A DNA stretch of 64,000 nt from Eledone cirrhosa (lineage: Eukaryota), in assembly GCA_964016885.1 (NCBI GenBank), contig OZ024745.1:117366001-117430000 (forward strand). Direction: 5' to 3'. The position numbers and the translations under genes are program-made. How positions within the stretch are numbered: position 1 is the first letter of the stretch; the number at the start of each line of letters is the position of its first letter. Under the pieces are notes generated by a model. It saw nothing but the letters and a program-made list of their open reading frames with translations, did not search any database and was not told the origin of the DNA. Positions 41,279 to 53,785 of this stretch are shown here, one piece after another.

Positions 41279-41466
41279 TATATATAGTTTTTTTCATTGC
41301 TTTGGTGCTGTAGCTAGGCTTACCTGCCCAGTTTTCAATTTTTCTTGCTATCTAATGCATATTATAACTCTGAGCTCCAGCCTCATCGAGTGCGTGGCTG
41401 CAGATTCTTAATTGTATATCGTTAGCTTGGCCACGGCCTAAACTTCGATCTTACTAAACTTCCATT

Positions 41467-41502
<36 letters not shown>

Positions 41503-41664
41503 ACAATAAATAAACAGAGACCAACTCCATCTCACTCAACAAACATTAGGATACACCTAATTATTTTCCCAATTTAGTGTTTGGGGTGCTAACTAATCAG
41601 TATTTCATGGATAGCTGGTTATATTATTTTATATGAGACATAATTAAATAAATATCTCTTTCCT

Positions 41665-41788
41665 TCCAGACGGCCGTTTCGTTATAAGATTTCTACAATT
41701 TGGGTTAAATAATTTCCAGGTTATGTAGAAACTTGTATATAATCCATAGTTTTATACACAAGCGGGCTCTTATAAACTCATCAGTGGA
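41665..41788 (-). ncRNA. Type I hammerhead ribozyme with a 97-nt branched stem II
   Basis: tcca-CTGATGA-gtttataaga...tcttataac-GAAA-c ggcc g-TC^-tgga; two internal hairpins in stem II. Confidence 0.8.
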
Positions 41789-42865
41789 TGCCCAAATAAT
41801 ATCGATATAAGAATTATATCGACATTAATAGATTAGTGATGGTCTCCCTCAGCACTAAGAAGAGACTGGTAGATTAGAAAATCAAGCAGTCCTCCCAAAG
41901 ATAAAATACACGCTGTCCCCAAGAGGGTAAGGGGAGGTCATCTTAAAATAAAACAATATACACGCTGGTCATTTAAATCTGTTAGGTATTAACCACGTGT
42001 ATAAGAACTCAATTGGATATTAAAAGAATAACTATATGTATACACATATATATTACTCTTTTTCCTTTTCTGCCTGAAGCCATGCTGGGGCACTGCCATT
42101 GAGTGGCTTGGCAGTATTGGTAGAGGGTCGGACGCCATGCTTTGACGCATAGAGTTACGGCCCTTGCCATTCTGAGTTCAAATCCTGCCGAGGTTAACTT
42201 TGCCTTTCATCCTTACGGGGGTCGATAAAATAAAGTACCAGTAATGCCCTGGGTAATTGCTGGCCTTGTGCCAAAAGTAGAAACAATTATATATATATAT
42301 AAGTATGGATATGTACACACATATATATATGTACACACATATATATACATATATATATATATATATTTCGTTTCTGAATTTGTTTAGCAAGATTCTTTAT
42401 CTGAAAACATGTGTGGAATAGCATCATCACAACTTACAATTAAGGACAAAATGAAAACACACACATAGAACAAACAACCAACCAGTAACATGTAAATAAA
42501 CAAATATAAACACACACAGACACCCGGATGTAACACATGCGCAAACTAAGCACACAACACACACAAAAACAAGATGGCAAAGGACAGAACAAAGGAGAGG
42601 CAGAAAAACAAAGAAAAGAATCCCCAGTCACTGAAGAGGTCACAGAATGTGTGGCGAAAGAACTTTGACAATATATGAACAATCGTCTGGTTGTGGAACC
42701 AACCAACCAACCGGAAATTTATAAATTTAATTTATAATAAATTGAAGTGAAAGCAATTGGTGCGTGTGATTCTTATTGGCAACATGACCCTCCCAAAGCA
42801 TAACAATATATATATATATATATACACACACATATATACATATACATATGTACGCATGGATTATA

Positions 42866-43245
42866 TCGAATATTAATAATAATATTCAATTCGTTTGTAA
42901 ACAAATGGTCCAATTAGCAGCTGTGCCGTGCTGACAACCAATCGTCACCTGTTTGTTCAACACTGGCTTTGAGGAACAATCAACGTCTCTGGGTCATTAC
43001 CCTTCTTTAGGACTGTATGCCTCTGCCAATCTGTTGAATGGTTGAAAATATATAGTATTTTCTTAAGTATATATCGACTGAGTAGCCTCATTTGCATACT
43101 GAGCGAGTTACAGCTGGCCTTGCCGAAAATTAAAAATAAAATTAGAATTTAATTTCTCACCCTAGCACAGCTGATACATAAATGTAAGTATGCATACGTA
43201 TATATGTACTGTGCTAGGGCGAGAAATAAAATTCTAATTTTATTT
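42866..43245 (-). mobile_element. Octamer/hammerhead element, decayed core, with short terminal inversion
   Basis: ctaaaga-agggtaatgaccca-gaga (decayed core); ATTTGCAT at 43090; about 43135-43170 inverted at 43208-43245. Confidence 0.7.
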
Positions 43246-44018
43246 ATATATATATATTATAAACCTCACCCTTGCACAATCTGTGGATTTGCTGGAAAAT
43301 CCCTATCATGCCCAATATAAACATCCAAACTGGATGAAATCGACGTGAGAGTCCATCATACTATAATATTTATTCTTATATTATTATTTTGTAGCACAGT
43401 TTCATTTCATTATAAAACAGCTTGCTTTCAGTTAGAAATCTTCTTGGAAAAGGTTAGGCTATCACAGATGTTATTTCTCCCTCTCTTTGGTTTCATGTCT
43501 GAGTTAGAAATAAATTTATACTATTTCGAAAGTTATGTGTCATTGATTATGTTACTATGATAACAGAATCACATATCTTTTTATATCTAAATTGAGAAGC
43601 AATTTGGAATGCTTAAAATGCAACATGCACATATTCACTTGCACATTTCACTCGCATCAAATGAATCATATTCCACCTACTTACTATTTACTGTAATTTG
43701 TATTCAATGCTACTTATTATGCATCTGACATTTTTCTGTTGTTAAAGTAGTGATTCAGTTTGAATATACACTTGAAGCAAGATACTCCTGAATCACAATC
43801 AGTGCACTAGCAATTATGATTGCTGTTAAAAGACCTTTTGTGTATTGAGCTATGAGACATTAAAACATAGACAGATTGCATTGTGTTCATTTCAGTGAAT
43901 GGTCATTTCTGGATCTTAACAAGATAATTACATGGAAGAAAATACTGTATATTATCTCATAACTTATCTGAGTGTTTCTTGAAATTTCTGTTATAGTTTA
44001 TATATTTCTATTTTCCAG

Positions 44019-44153
44019 ACTGCTGAAGAAACTACTGTTAAGATATCAGGCTCTGGGAACATAGATGTAGCTAAACATTCTAAACCTGATGATATTTCTA
44101 ATCATAGTCTTGGAACATCAGATAACACATCGCAGCTTTCTAAGTTGAGAGAG
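44019..44153 (+). CDS. Host gene exon I (TAEETTVKISGSGN...LSKLRE)
   Basis: ttttccag| acceptor, gag|gtaggt donor; 135 nt open, phase 0->0. Confidence 0.8.
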
Positions 44154-45047
44154 GTAGGTAATATTGTTTGGTTTCAACTTTTATTTTATTGCTGTTTGGA
44201 ATTGAAGATTTTCAAATTTGAGATTATTGCATTACAAAATGTTATTGTATTTATTGAAGGGGTGGGTGGGTAAATTTTCCTTTCTTAAATATTTTGTATT
44301 ATTTTACTTTAACTCCTATTTATTTAGTTTTCATTGAAATTTATCTTTTAATATTTAGTTAGCAGTTGTCAAAAACGATCTATTATCTACAATATCAGTA
44401 TTCTTGCAGAGAATTTTGGTTTAGAATATTGATTTGGACTTGTTAGAACATCAAATAGAATGCTTTGCAGTATTTGTTCTGGCTTTCTGTGCTCTGAGTT
44501 CAAATCTCACCAAGGTCTCTCTTGTGCTGGGGTCAATTCTTCTACTATGCCTCTCTCACATTCTCTTCACTCACTCCCTTTCTTTAACTCACCCACTCTC
44601 TCCCTTCCTTTAACTCACCCACTCTCTCATTTCCTATTTCACTTTCTTTCTCTGGAAGAAACCAGCTGTGTTAAGGGCCAAAGGAAAGGATTGATATATG
44701 AAAATCCATTTGTTTTTAATTATGATAAATATCAGACAACCACAATTCTTAATTGTAATTTTTCTCACTATTAAAAAAGGAAAAGAAATCATGATATATT
44801 TAGAAGTGGAAATATTTATTTACTTTTTTTACTTAATTTTTATTAAAACATTGAATTTACTTTAAAGGTGTAATTATGAATTTAGAATTTTTATATTATG
44901 TTTAAATATATTTAAAAACTCTTTTTAAAAGTTAGTTTAAAATTTTTTTAAGTTGATTAAGATATATATATTTCTTCTGATTTTGTTCATCATCATCGTT
45001 TAACATCTGTTTTCCCTGCAAGCAAGAGTTGGATGGGTGTGTTTTAT

Positions 45048-45360
45048 AGTGGCACAGAAGCCAAGCTCTCCAAGTACCGGTCGCTCTCCGACAGGTTCGC
45101 GGTCGTGCCCTTGGCAGTAGAGACTTCTGGTGTCCTTGGCCCTAGGGCTACCTCCCTATTCACCACCATAGGTGCTGAGCTGGCCAGCCGCAGGTGTGAG
45201 CTTCGCAAGTTGGAATGGCTCTTCCAGTGCATCTCCCTTACCATCCTCCGGGGAAACGCCTTCTCCATTCTGTCCATCAGGGCTGTGGGGAGGCCAGCAC
45301 GTGGTACCCCATTTGCTTACCAAATGGATTAATGCAAATAAACCAAAAAAAAACAAAAAA
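45048..45360 (+). mobile_element. 3' fragment of an RLE-type non-LTR element (CRE-like) with A-rich tail, inside an RTE-tailed SINE
   Basis: EAKLSKYRSL..FAVVPLAVETSGVLG...LFQCISLTILRGNAFSIL. Confidence 0.75.
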
Positions 45361-45474
45361 ACTAAAGTGGTTGTCATTCTTTGATACAACTGAAAAGTTT
45401 TCTCAACCTTTTGATTAGTAAGCTTTTTATGACTGGATGCCGTTCCTATCACTAACCATTTTACAGCTGCATAC

Positions 45475-46140
45475 AAACTTTATCTTCTCTGTTAACCTGC
45501 CAGACTATATCCAACTACATCTCTTGTGCATACATAGACAATACTGTGTATCTTATGGAATTTCTCCCTACTCCTTTTCAACAAGGCCACTTCTGTCTTC
45601 TTTCCTATTTATGGAGACTTTAGTCTTCGCTAAGTCCTTTTGCTTTTAGGTTTTTCTTTTATGTCTGGAATTTCACCTCTAACTCTTTCACTGATTTGAC
45701 TGTAAAGATAAGATCATCATCATACAGGAGTTCCGATGCAGTGCCAGTTTTAAATTCCTCTGTTATGGCCTGGAGAACAACAATAAACAGAAGTGGACTG
45801 AACACTGAACACTGGTAGATCTCAACCTGCACTTCAAATTCATAACTGTACTCATTGCCAACTCTCACTTTGCTAGTTGTACCTCTCTATACATGGTTTA
45901 CTCGGCCCTCATGAAGTATTTGTCTACACCTAGCTACCTTAACACCCACCAGATTACAGAACAGAAGACTCTGTAAAGGCCTTCTCCAGATCCACAAATA
46001 TCAGGTACAGAGGTTTACTCTTAGCTAAATACTTCAGCAGTGGTCTCATAAGGAAAGAAACATCAGTAGTAGCTAGCATAAAGCTGAATTGTATGTTATC
46101 TAGCTTCTGTTCTTAGTCTGTCAACTTGACCCACTTTCCC
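45475..46140 (-). mobile_element. Decayed RTE RT fragment
   Basis: VRVGNEYSYEFEVQV..QCSVFSPLLFIVVLQAITEEFKTG..ELLYDDDL. Confidence 0.85.
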
Positions 46141-46486
46141 ACTCCTGTCAATGCCAGTGATGGTGCTATGATAAAAATATACCCAGCTCACTCTGTAATG
46201 TGGTAGTGCTGGTGTCATGGTAGTGCCGAAATCACAATAAGTGTTCCCACTATACGCTGTAAAGTGGTTGGTGTTGGGAAGGGTATCCAGCCATAGAAAG
46301 CATGCTTCCAGTACAAGCTGTAAAGTTGTTGGCATTAGGAAAGGTATCCAGCCATAGAAACCAAGCAAAAAGGAAAGTATGAGCAAGACATGGTCACCTG
46401 ACTAATCTAGCTTCAAAATATGACAACCTATCTAACCCATAGAAAATAGATGTTAAATGGTGATGATAATGATGATACACGCGTGT

Positions 46487-46521
<35 letters not shown>

Positions 46522-47977
46522 TTGGATGCCTTGCATACAATTATATAAATTTTATTTCTCTTTATTTTTCTTTTAAAATACTTATAACATCTACTTTAAA
46601 TGTCTTCAATTTTCATAACCTATGGGAAAGGTGTAAACAAAAGGAAGCATCATTTTTTGCATTTTTTCATTTGCTTAACTTGGTTACTCCTCCATATTAG
46701 GCATCCATTATTTTAGGTGGATTGGCAGTATCGGTAGAGTGTCGGACGCCATGCTTTCCAGCATAGTTACGTCCCTTTACGATCTGAGTTCAAATCCCGC
46801 CGAGGTTGACTTTGCCTTTCATCCTTACGGGGTCGATAAAATAAAAGTACCAGTAATGCACTGGGTAATTGCTGGCCTTGTGCCTAAAGTAGAAACAATT
46901 ATTTTAGCCAAACCTTGATTGATTTAAATTACAACGTAGTCTTTAATTCTTGACATCCTGTAAAGATGTAGCAGAAGATATCTGAAAACAAGTCTGTTAA
47001 TTCATATGTTTATAATATAGTATCTCTATTAGTGGACAGATCATTGTGAAATTTTGCAGTGTTAGTGTAAAGACTTTAATTTTTAATATCACAGTCAAAG
47101 TGCTGCTTTATAGTTTTCAAGAATGTGTTGCTAATGTAGTTTCATGTAGTGATATTAAGAGTTAATTAACTACAGCAGTACCTGTCAAATATGATGAAGT
47201 TTATTTCTGTCACTTTTCAGAAATGTCTTTCTGCTTTATGTTTTGCTCCATTTTCTGGTATTTTGTTTTGTCTTCTTTCAGTTATTCATGACTTTTCCTT
47301 AGGACTTGCTTAAGTTTCTTATCGTTTTGCAACATCTCTTTCCAATTCGCATCAAGCATTGACTTTTTCTTATGATAATATCTGTCTTTTTTTTCTGTAG
47401 TTTAGAGTCAAACAGTTTATCTTTCACTGAGAATTTCTTTGTCTCTTTGACTTGCAATTACTTTTTGTATATTTGAAAAGTCCTCTCATCTCTTATGTCT
47501 CACCCTTCATTGTTCTCATTGAATCATTATTTATTCCCTTCTTCTCTCTCTATATATAGTTCCCATTCTCTCTCAGTTAACATCTACCTCCACTGTTTCT
47601 CTTCATTTCTCAATCTCTTCCCCACCACTTACACACTTTGATATCATACATAAATCACTTCCACTTCTCTCTCTTATTCACTCACTCTTTATATCTCTGC
47701 TATTTTTTTTTGGCGGAGCTCTCTTTTGTAAAGCTCTCTTTTTTTTCTTTCTGCCTCTTCTCTCTTATTTGTGCTACCTCTTCCTCTTTCGCTTTCTTAT
47801 ATCCCTCTTTATATTTCATTTGCCTTCTCACTTGACTGCCTGTTCTACCAGCATTTCTGCTGCTGACTGGTAGTTATATCTCTCCCTCCCAGCTATCTCT
47901 ACCTCTCTTTATAATATTTTCACTCTCTTCCATGTCTCTCAGAACAGTCACTATTTTCCCTGCCTACATTTCTATAG

Positions 47978-48007
47978 CATGACAGAAAGCCGGAAACCTG
48001 CAAATAA
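47978..48007 (+). CDS. Putative last coding exon (HDRKPETCK*) followed by AT-rich 3' UTR
   Basis: Long pyrimidine tract then tctatag|; phase 0; TAA stop; AATAAA at ~48303 and ~48543. Confidence 0.5.
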   Translation, partial: HDRKPETCK

Positions 48008-49599
48008 AAAAGGCATTTTACAATATTAATTAAATTTTGCTATAAAATAATTCATGAAGAGATAGTGAAAGGAATGAATTCTCAGAAATTTAATACAGCT
48101 TCTCTTAGATGATTTATGAAAAGGAACATAACTGAAAAATCATGTGGTGTTAAAAAATTTGAAGAATAATTAATAATGAAGTCACTAATATTATGACTTG
48201 TGAAAAGAAAAACAAAGAAGATAAATCACTTGCAACTAAAGGAACTATTCTGTCTTCAACTGTGTAGATATACAGATATGTTGTTGATAAGATTGTAGTT
48301 GGAATAAATATAAGTTTTTAATTTCTTAATTCATAAAACACATTTCATATGTACCCAAAAGATATTTAGAGGAATTTAATAGATTAACTAACCTTTTCAT
48401 TAGTAAGCTGATATTTAGAACATTACTTAACAAAAATTGATAAAATTATGATGGGAGGATTTAATATAAGGATAAATATTTAAAAATTAGCAGCTTTATA
48501 TTAATCCTTGCAGTTTCCAGTGATTCAAAAGGGTTAAATAAAAATAAAAATAAAAATAAATAAAAATAATATTAAATAGAATATTTTTCTCAATATTTCT
48601 CAAAAATGTTGAGCTTATGTGAGAATTTGTTTAGACAATTCAGGTTTCTAAAATGTAATATAAAAAAATCATAGCTTTTTTATAATTTAATCTCTCTTTT
48701 CCTTTTGAAATATATTAAATTATATTAAACATAATAATAGTTTCATTTCATATATTATATATATTAAAAAGAAACATTTTCATTCATTCATTCATTCATA
48801 TTCCATATTTTAATACATTTAAATAATGTATTTGATTGTGAAATAGTTTTCTGTGACATTGGCATAGCTTCTGATATATAGATATATATCCTCATTTAGA
48901 GGGAAAGAATTTTATAAGCTAAATTTAATAGTAATATTAAATTGTAAAACAAGGTGATGGATTGGTAGTATTGGTAGAACATCAGACTCATGTTTTATGG
49001 CGATCTGAGTTCTAATCCTGCCAAGATTAGCTTTACCTTTCATCCTTATGGGGGGTCGATAAAATAAAGTACCAGTAATGCCCTGGAGTCAATTTAATCG
49101 ACTTTCCTCTCCCCAAAAATTGTTGTCCTTGTGCCTAAATCTGAAACCAATATTGAATTGTAGAATTAGGGAACAAAATCTAATCTATTTTGATATAAGT
49201 GTACATGTAAAATTTTTATTCCTCCATATGTGAAGTCATTATCATTGAAATAAAAAAGTCACATAAAAAATAACTCATTATTAGACTTGTGATTCAAAGG
49301 ATAAAGTGGTTTCCCATTACATTCTTCAGACCCATGAATTTTTTACTGCCACTACAGTCTTGTCTACTTAATTTGTAATTCACCAGCACTTAATGTCACA
49401 TAATCATGTGTCAGTATTTAACATATGACAGCAAAATATCAAATCTTGGTTCAATGTATTGATGAGAAATAACCCTGAAAATATAAGTTACAAATTAATT
49501 GGTGATATTTTTCAATCAATATGAAACATAACTTTTTTATGAAATTGAAACAGTGCAATAATCAGATATTTATACCTGATTTGAAAGAGAAGTGATGCC

Positions 49600-50095
49600 A
49601 ACTTTGTGTTGTGTAATCAGTAAGGAAATAACCCTGCAAGTAATTGAGATGTTGTCCAAGTCTTAAAAAAAAAATGAGACTTTGCAGATTTGAAATATAC
49701 ATATACATGTATATGCCATAATTTCTCTAGCCCCTGAACAATCTTCCTGACTTCAGAGATTGGTGTTGATATCACTGTGAGGTCATCAATAAAGGTTCTG
49801 ATTGGTGATTGCTTTAAATCTGACTTGTTGAGTGGTCCCTGGTACATTTTCTCTACTGATTTGATCAGTATATTCATAGCCTGAGTGAAGACAGTCACTG
49901 AGATAATGTACCCAGTGATTATCCCTACTTCCAGCTGGTAGTAGGAGACCCTCAAATTGAACTTACTGATGAGATCATTCACCTTGTGGTACATAATGTC
50001 TCTTCGACTCAACCTCGACCAGTTTGTGAGGTATTCAGTTGTATGTGATGGACAGATCCACGCAGAGCTCTACCAGGTTGCATTTGCCTTTGAGT
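49600..50095 (-). mobile_element. Decayed non-LTR RT fragment (Hero/RLE-group-like)
   Basis: LEVGIITGYIISVTVFTQAMN...GPLNKS..QSPIRTFIDDLTV. Confidence 0.65.
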
Positions 50096-50347
50096 GCTGA
50101 AAGCTCTAAATTGCTGCACAGGGTTACTTCATTTCAATACCTGGGTATCATCAGTTACCGTTGATTGTATATATATATATATAATTGGGATTTAGCTTCA
50201 TGCATAGCTGTATGCAGATATGTATTGGAATTTTGTATTTCTAAAGAAATACTGTATGTTTATAGATAAACATTTAGAAAGTCGTAGCTATGCAAAACAC
50301 CGGAGCTATCACCCTCCGGTGGTGTCCAGCAGAAGTAAGGGAGGACA

Positions 50348-50391
50348 ACTGTCAATGCATTTCGAACTTAACTGGTCCTCATCAGGATGAC
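50348..50391 (-). ncRNA. Minimal type I hammerhead ribozyme (stem I decayed)
   Basis: gtcatc-CTGATGA-ggac cagttaa gttc-GAAA-tgca-TT^-gacagt. Confidence 0.7.
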
Positions 50392-50672
50392 CCCCCTACT
50401 CTTGCAACTGCTGGACTTGAAAACAGGTGAGAATATATGGTTTTCTCGTCTGTGTAAATAAGGTGGTTAATCTCATTTGCATATGAAGTTGCATAAGTTG
50501 GCTTAATTAATAATAGAATAGAATTAGGATTTAGCTTCATGCATAGCTGTATACAAGTTGAGCCAACTTATGCAGCTTCATATGCAAATGAGATTAATCA
50601 CCTCATTTACACAGACGAGAAAACCATATATTCTCGCCTGTTTTCAATCCAGCAGTTGCAAGAGTGGGAGGG

Positions 50673-50716
50673 ATCGTCCTGATGAGAACCAGTTAAATCT
50701 GAAATGCATCGACGAT
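50673..50716 (+). ncRNA. Minimal type I hammerhead ribozyme (stem II weakened)
   Basis: atcgtc-CTGATGA-gaaccagttaaatct-GAAA-tgca-TC^-gacgat; perfect 6-bp stem I; palindromic ATGCAT stem III. Confidence 0.8.
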
Positions 50717-51419
50717 TATCCTCCTCGCTTCTGCTGGACACCACCAGAGGGCGATAGTTGCGGTGTTTTGCATAGCTACGACTTTCTAAATGTTTATCTA
50801 TAAACATTTAGAAAGTCGTTTGGAAATACGAAATTCCAATACATACCTATATATGATAGTAAAAAAGAAAAAACAGTAGAAAATGCTAATGGGATTTTCT
50901 CATAGAATAACAGCAAAACATTTATTTACAAAAAAAGGAATTTATCGTACTGGTTTCAGCCACGTGGGTGTCTTCATGCCACAGAAGAGGATAATAAAAT
51001 TTATAATCGAGTTTAGTTGTATATTAATAAGAATATGGTATAAAATAACATGCTTTACATATGTGTATATATAGAAGAGTTCACATTTTTTTTATCGCTT
51101 TCTTTCTTTGGTGGTGCTGACTATAACTGCAGCAGTGGTAGTGAAAGTAGCAGAGGACTAGCTTGTTCTATGTTCTTGGTGTTGACCTTAACTGTAGTTG
51201 TAGTGGTTGTAGCAGTAGAGGGGGAGAAGGGGAAGAAAAAGAGGAGGGGTAGAAGAAGTAGAGGAGGAAGAAGAGGAAGGGAGGGGATGAGGTGTGGTAG
51301 TAATAAAAGAGTTATGGCAAAGAAGGAAGGGAAAGATGAAGAAGGGGTGGGCGAAGCAGAAGGGGACGACGGGAAGGTTTAGTAGTAATAGTATCACTAT
51401 TATTAGTAGTAAATGGAGC

Positions 51420-52470
51420 TGTCCGTGGGATTGACTTAAATGATTGAGTGACCTTAGAGTTGATTGAGGAATTGTTTCTTAATATATCTATCTTGGTATT
51501 TTTGTCGGTAATGCTGGCACTCTTAGTTTGTCCGGTGGTGTTAAAAATTGACCTGCAGTGTGATTGTTTCTAAAGATATCGATCTCCCTTAATTTGTCCA
51601 TTGGTGTTAATGTTAGGTGCTCGTTGCAATTTCGTCTGCAGCGGAAGCATTTAAAAGGGGTTCGTATTTTGTGATAAATTGTGATTTTTTTTTAATGCTG
51701 TGAATGTAGAAAGCGTTGTCTTTAGATTTGTTGAGGGAAAAAATTCTGAAGTTGGGTTGTTCATTAGAGGCACAGGTGGCAATGTCTTCACTCAATGCTA
51801 TTTTTCTGTATTCTTGTATTTTAATTTGGGATCTATGAACGGTCATATGTTGATGAAGACTGTTAGTAATCTCTCCTATGTAGTGCTCTCGACAGCCTGA
51901 GCAAGTTAACACATCAATCGGGTTTTCTGATGCGCATGTGAAATTGTATTTCACTGTAAAGTGTTGCCCTTGTTTGAAGCAGAACTCCAATCCCTCTATT
52001 AGGTTGACGCATATACCACAATTGGGTCTTCTGCATTTTTTTTACTGTTGGTTTCGTTGTTGTGGAAAGACTTATTGAATTTAAAGCACTTCTAAAGAGA
52101 CTTAACACAAACATTCAATTCATGGTGGAATACAGCCACCAGCAACTCCCTTTCTATGACATCCTTATTAAGAAAGTTAACAACAAAATAGAGACAGACA
52201 TATACTTTAAGCCCACACACTCCAAGCAATATCTTCCATTCAACTTATGCCATCCAAGACACACTAAAATGAATATCCCTTACAACCTAGCCAAAAGGAT
52301 CTGTACAAGAGTTTCTGATAGTAACACCTGTTACATACGACTACAAGGACTAAAGGACACACACTCATTAACAGGAATTACCCACCATCCCTAATTAATA
52401 ATGTATTCCAATGTGCCGTAAAACTCAGAATCCAGGATCTTAGACAACCAAACTAAAGAATGAATCGAAA
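51420..52470. mobile_element. Penelope-like element with 5' inversion: GIY-YIG part on minus, RT thumb part on plus
   Basis: Minus: CRRPNCGIC...FTCASEN..VLTCSGCREHYIGE; plus: LNTNIQF..E....LPFYD...TDIYFKPTHSKQYLPFNLCHP. Confidence 0.88.
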
Positions 52471-52588
52471 CTGTATATATAATAACAACAAAGTGGAAGT
52501 GTTACATCAAAAATTTATTGATCAGACCTAGTTACAACTGTTTCACAAACAGTCAGCTCATGATCCAGGTTAATATTCAAAACCAGAT

Positions 52589-53700
52589 ACAAGTAGGAGT
52601 ACATCAGGGTTCGGTCCTCAGCCCGCTCTTGTTCATTATAGTCCTCCAAGCCATAACAGAGGAGTTTAAGACTGGCTGTCCATGGGAACTTCTCTATGCT
52701 GACGATCTGGCTCTTATAGCAGAATCAGTAGAGGAGCTAGAGAATAAATTCCAGCTATGGAAACAGCAGTTGGAAGCAAGAGGACTGAGAGTAAATCTAG
52801 CTAAGACAAAAGTGTTGATGAGTAGAAAAGAGGACAAAACCCTGATTCCGTCAGGGAAATGGCCATGTTCGATATGCAGAAAAGGAACTGGCATAAATTC
52901 TATAAAATGCACACAATGCAGGTCCTGGGTACACAAGAGATGTAGCGGGATAGCAGGCAAACTAACAGGTAGGGAGAAATATGTATGCAGTAGATGTACA
53001 GGGAAATTAGACAGTAGAAGTCGCACTGATAGACACATTTTTCAAATGCGAGAGGGCGCTATAGAAGTGGTGGATAGCTTCCGGTACCTAGGAGATCAGA
53101 TTAGCATGGGAGGAGGGTGTTCCGAGGCCATAGTATCTAGAATAAGGACGGGTTGGAAGAAGTTTAGGGAGCTGCTTCCTCTGTTGACGAAGAAGGGTTT
53201 CTCCCTGCATACGAAAGGCCGGTTGTATGATGCCTGTGTGAGGAGCGCGATGCTGCATGGTAGTGAGACATGGGCAGCAACCGCAGAGGATATGCGACGG
53301 CTGGAGAGAAATGAGGCAAGCATGCTCCGTTGGATGTGCAGTGTAAATGTGCGTGAACGACCCAGCATAAATGTGTTGAGAGAGAAACTGTGTCTGAGAG
53401 GGATAGAATGTAGTGTACGGGAGAGGAGACTGAGGTGGTATGGACATGTGATGCGCATGGAGGATGACCGATGGGTGAAGAAGTGCCAGGAAATGCCAGT
53501 TGAAGGAAGATGTGGTAGAGGTAGACCACGAAAAACATGGGCGGAGGTGGTGAGAACAGACCTCAGATCATTGAAGCTCACGGTGGAGATGACGAGGGAC
53601 CGTGACGAGTGGAGAGATGCTGTGCTGAATAAGACCCGTCCCACCCTTGCAAGCAGGGAAAAGCGGACGTAAAATGATGATGATGATGATGATGATGATT
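52589..53700 (+). mobile_element. Young 5'-truncated RTE LINE, open frame, PHD finger inside RT, (GAT)n tail
   Basis: GVHQGSVLSPLLF, LLYADDL, KTKVL, C4HC3 finger, FRYLG, RLRWYGHV, GRGRPRKTW; 6-bp TSD ccagat (52583-88/53701-06). Confidence 0.95.
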
Positions 53701-53785
53701 CCAGATCTGGATGATCCTCAGACCAGGACTGTCAGAACAAAATCCACATCAGATTTACTGAATCTTCTACTCATATATATATATA

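Larger units (their letters stand above)
50187..50847. mobile_element. Non-coding hammerhead element: 340-bp unit + start of second unit + inverted copy
   Basis: ggatttagcttcatgcatagctgtat at ~50188 and ~50527; 50558-50847 is the reverse complement of about 50219-50506. Confidence 0.9.

Noticed and set aside
52518-52588. N-terminal part of the 384-aa ORF as a host-LINE fusion gene
   Set aside because: Flanking DNA in frame by chance upstream of the TSD; non-ATG start
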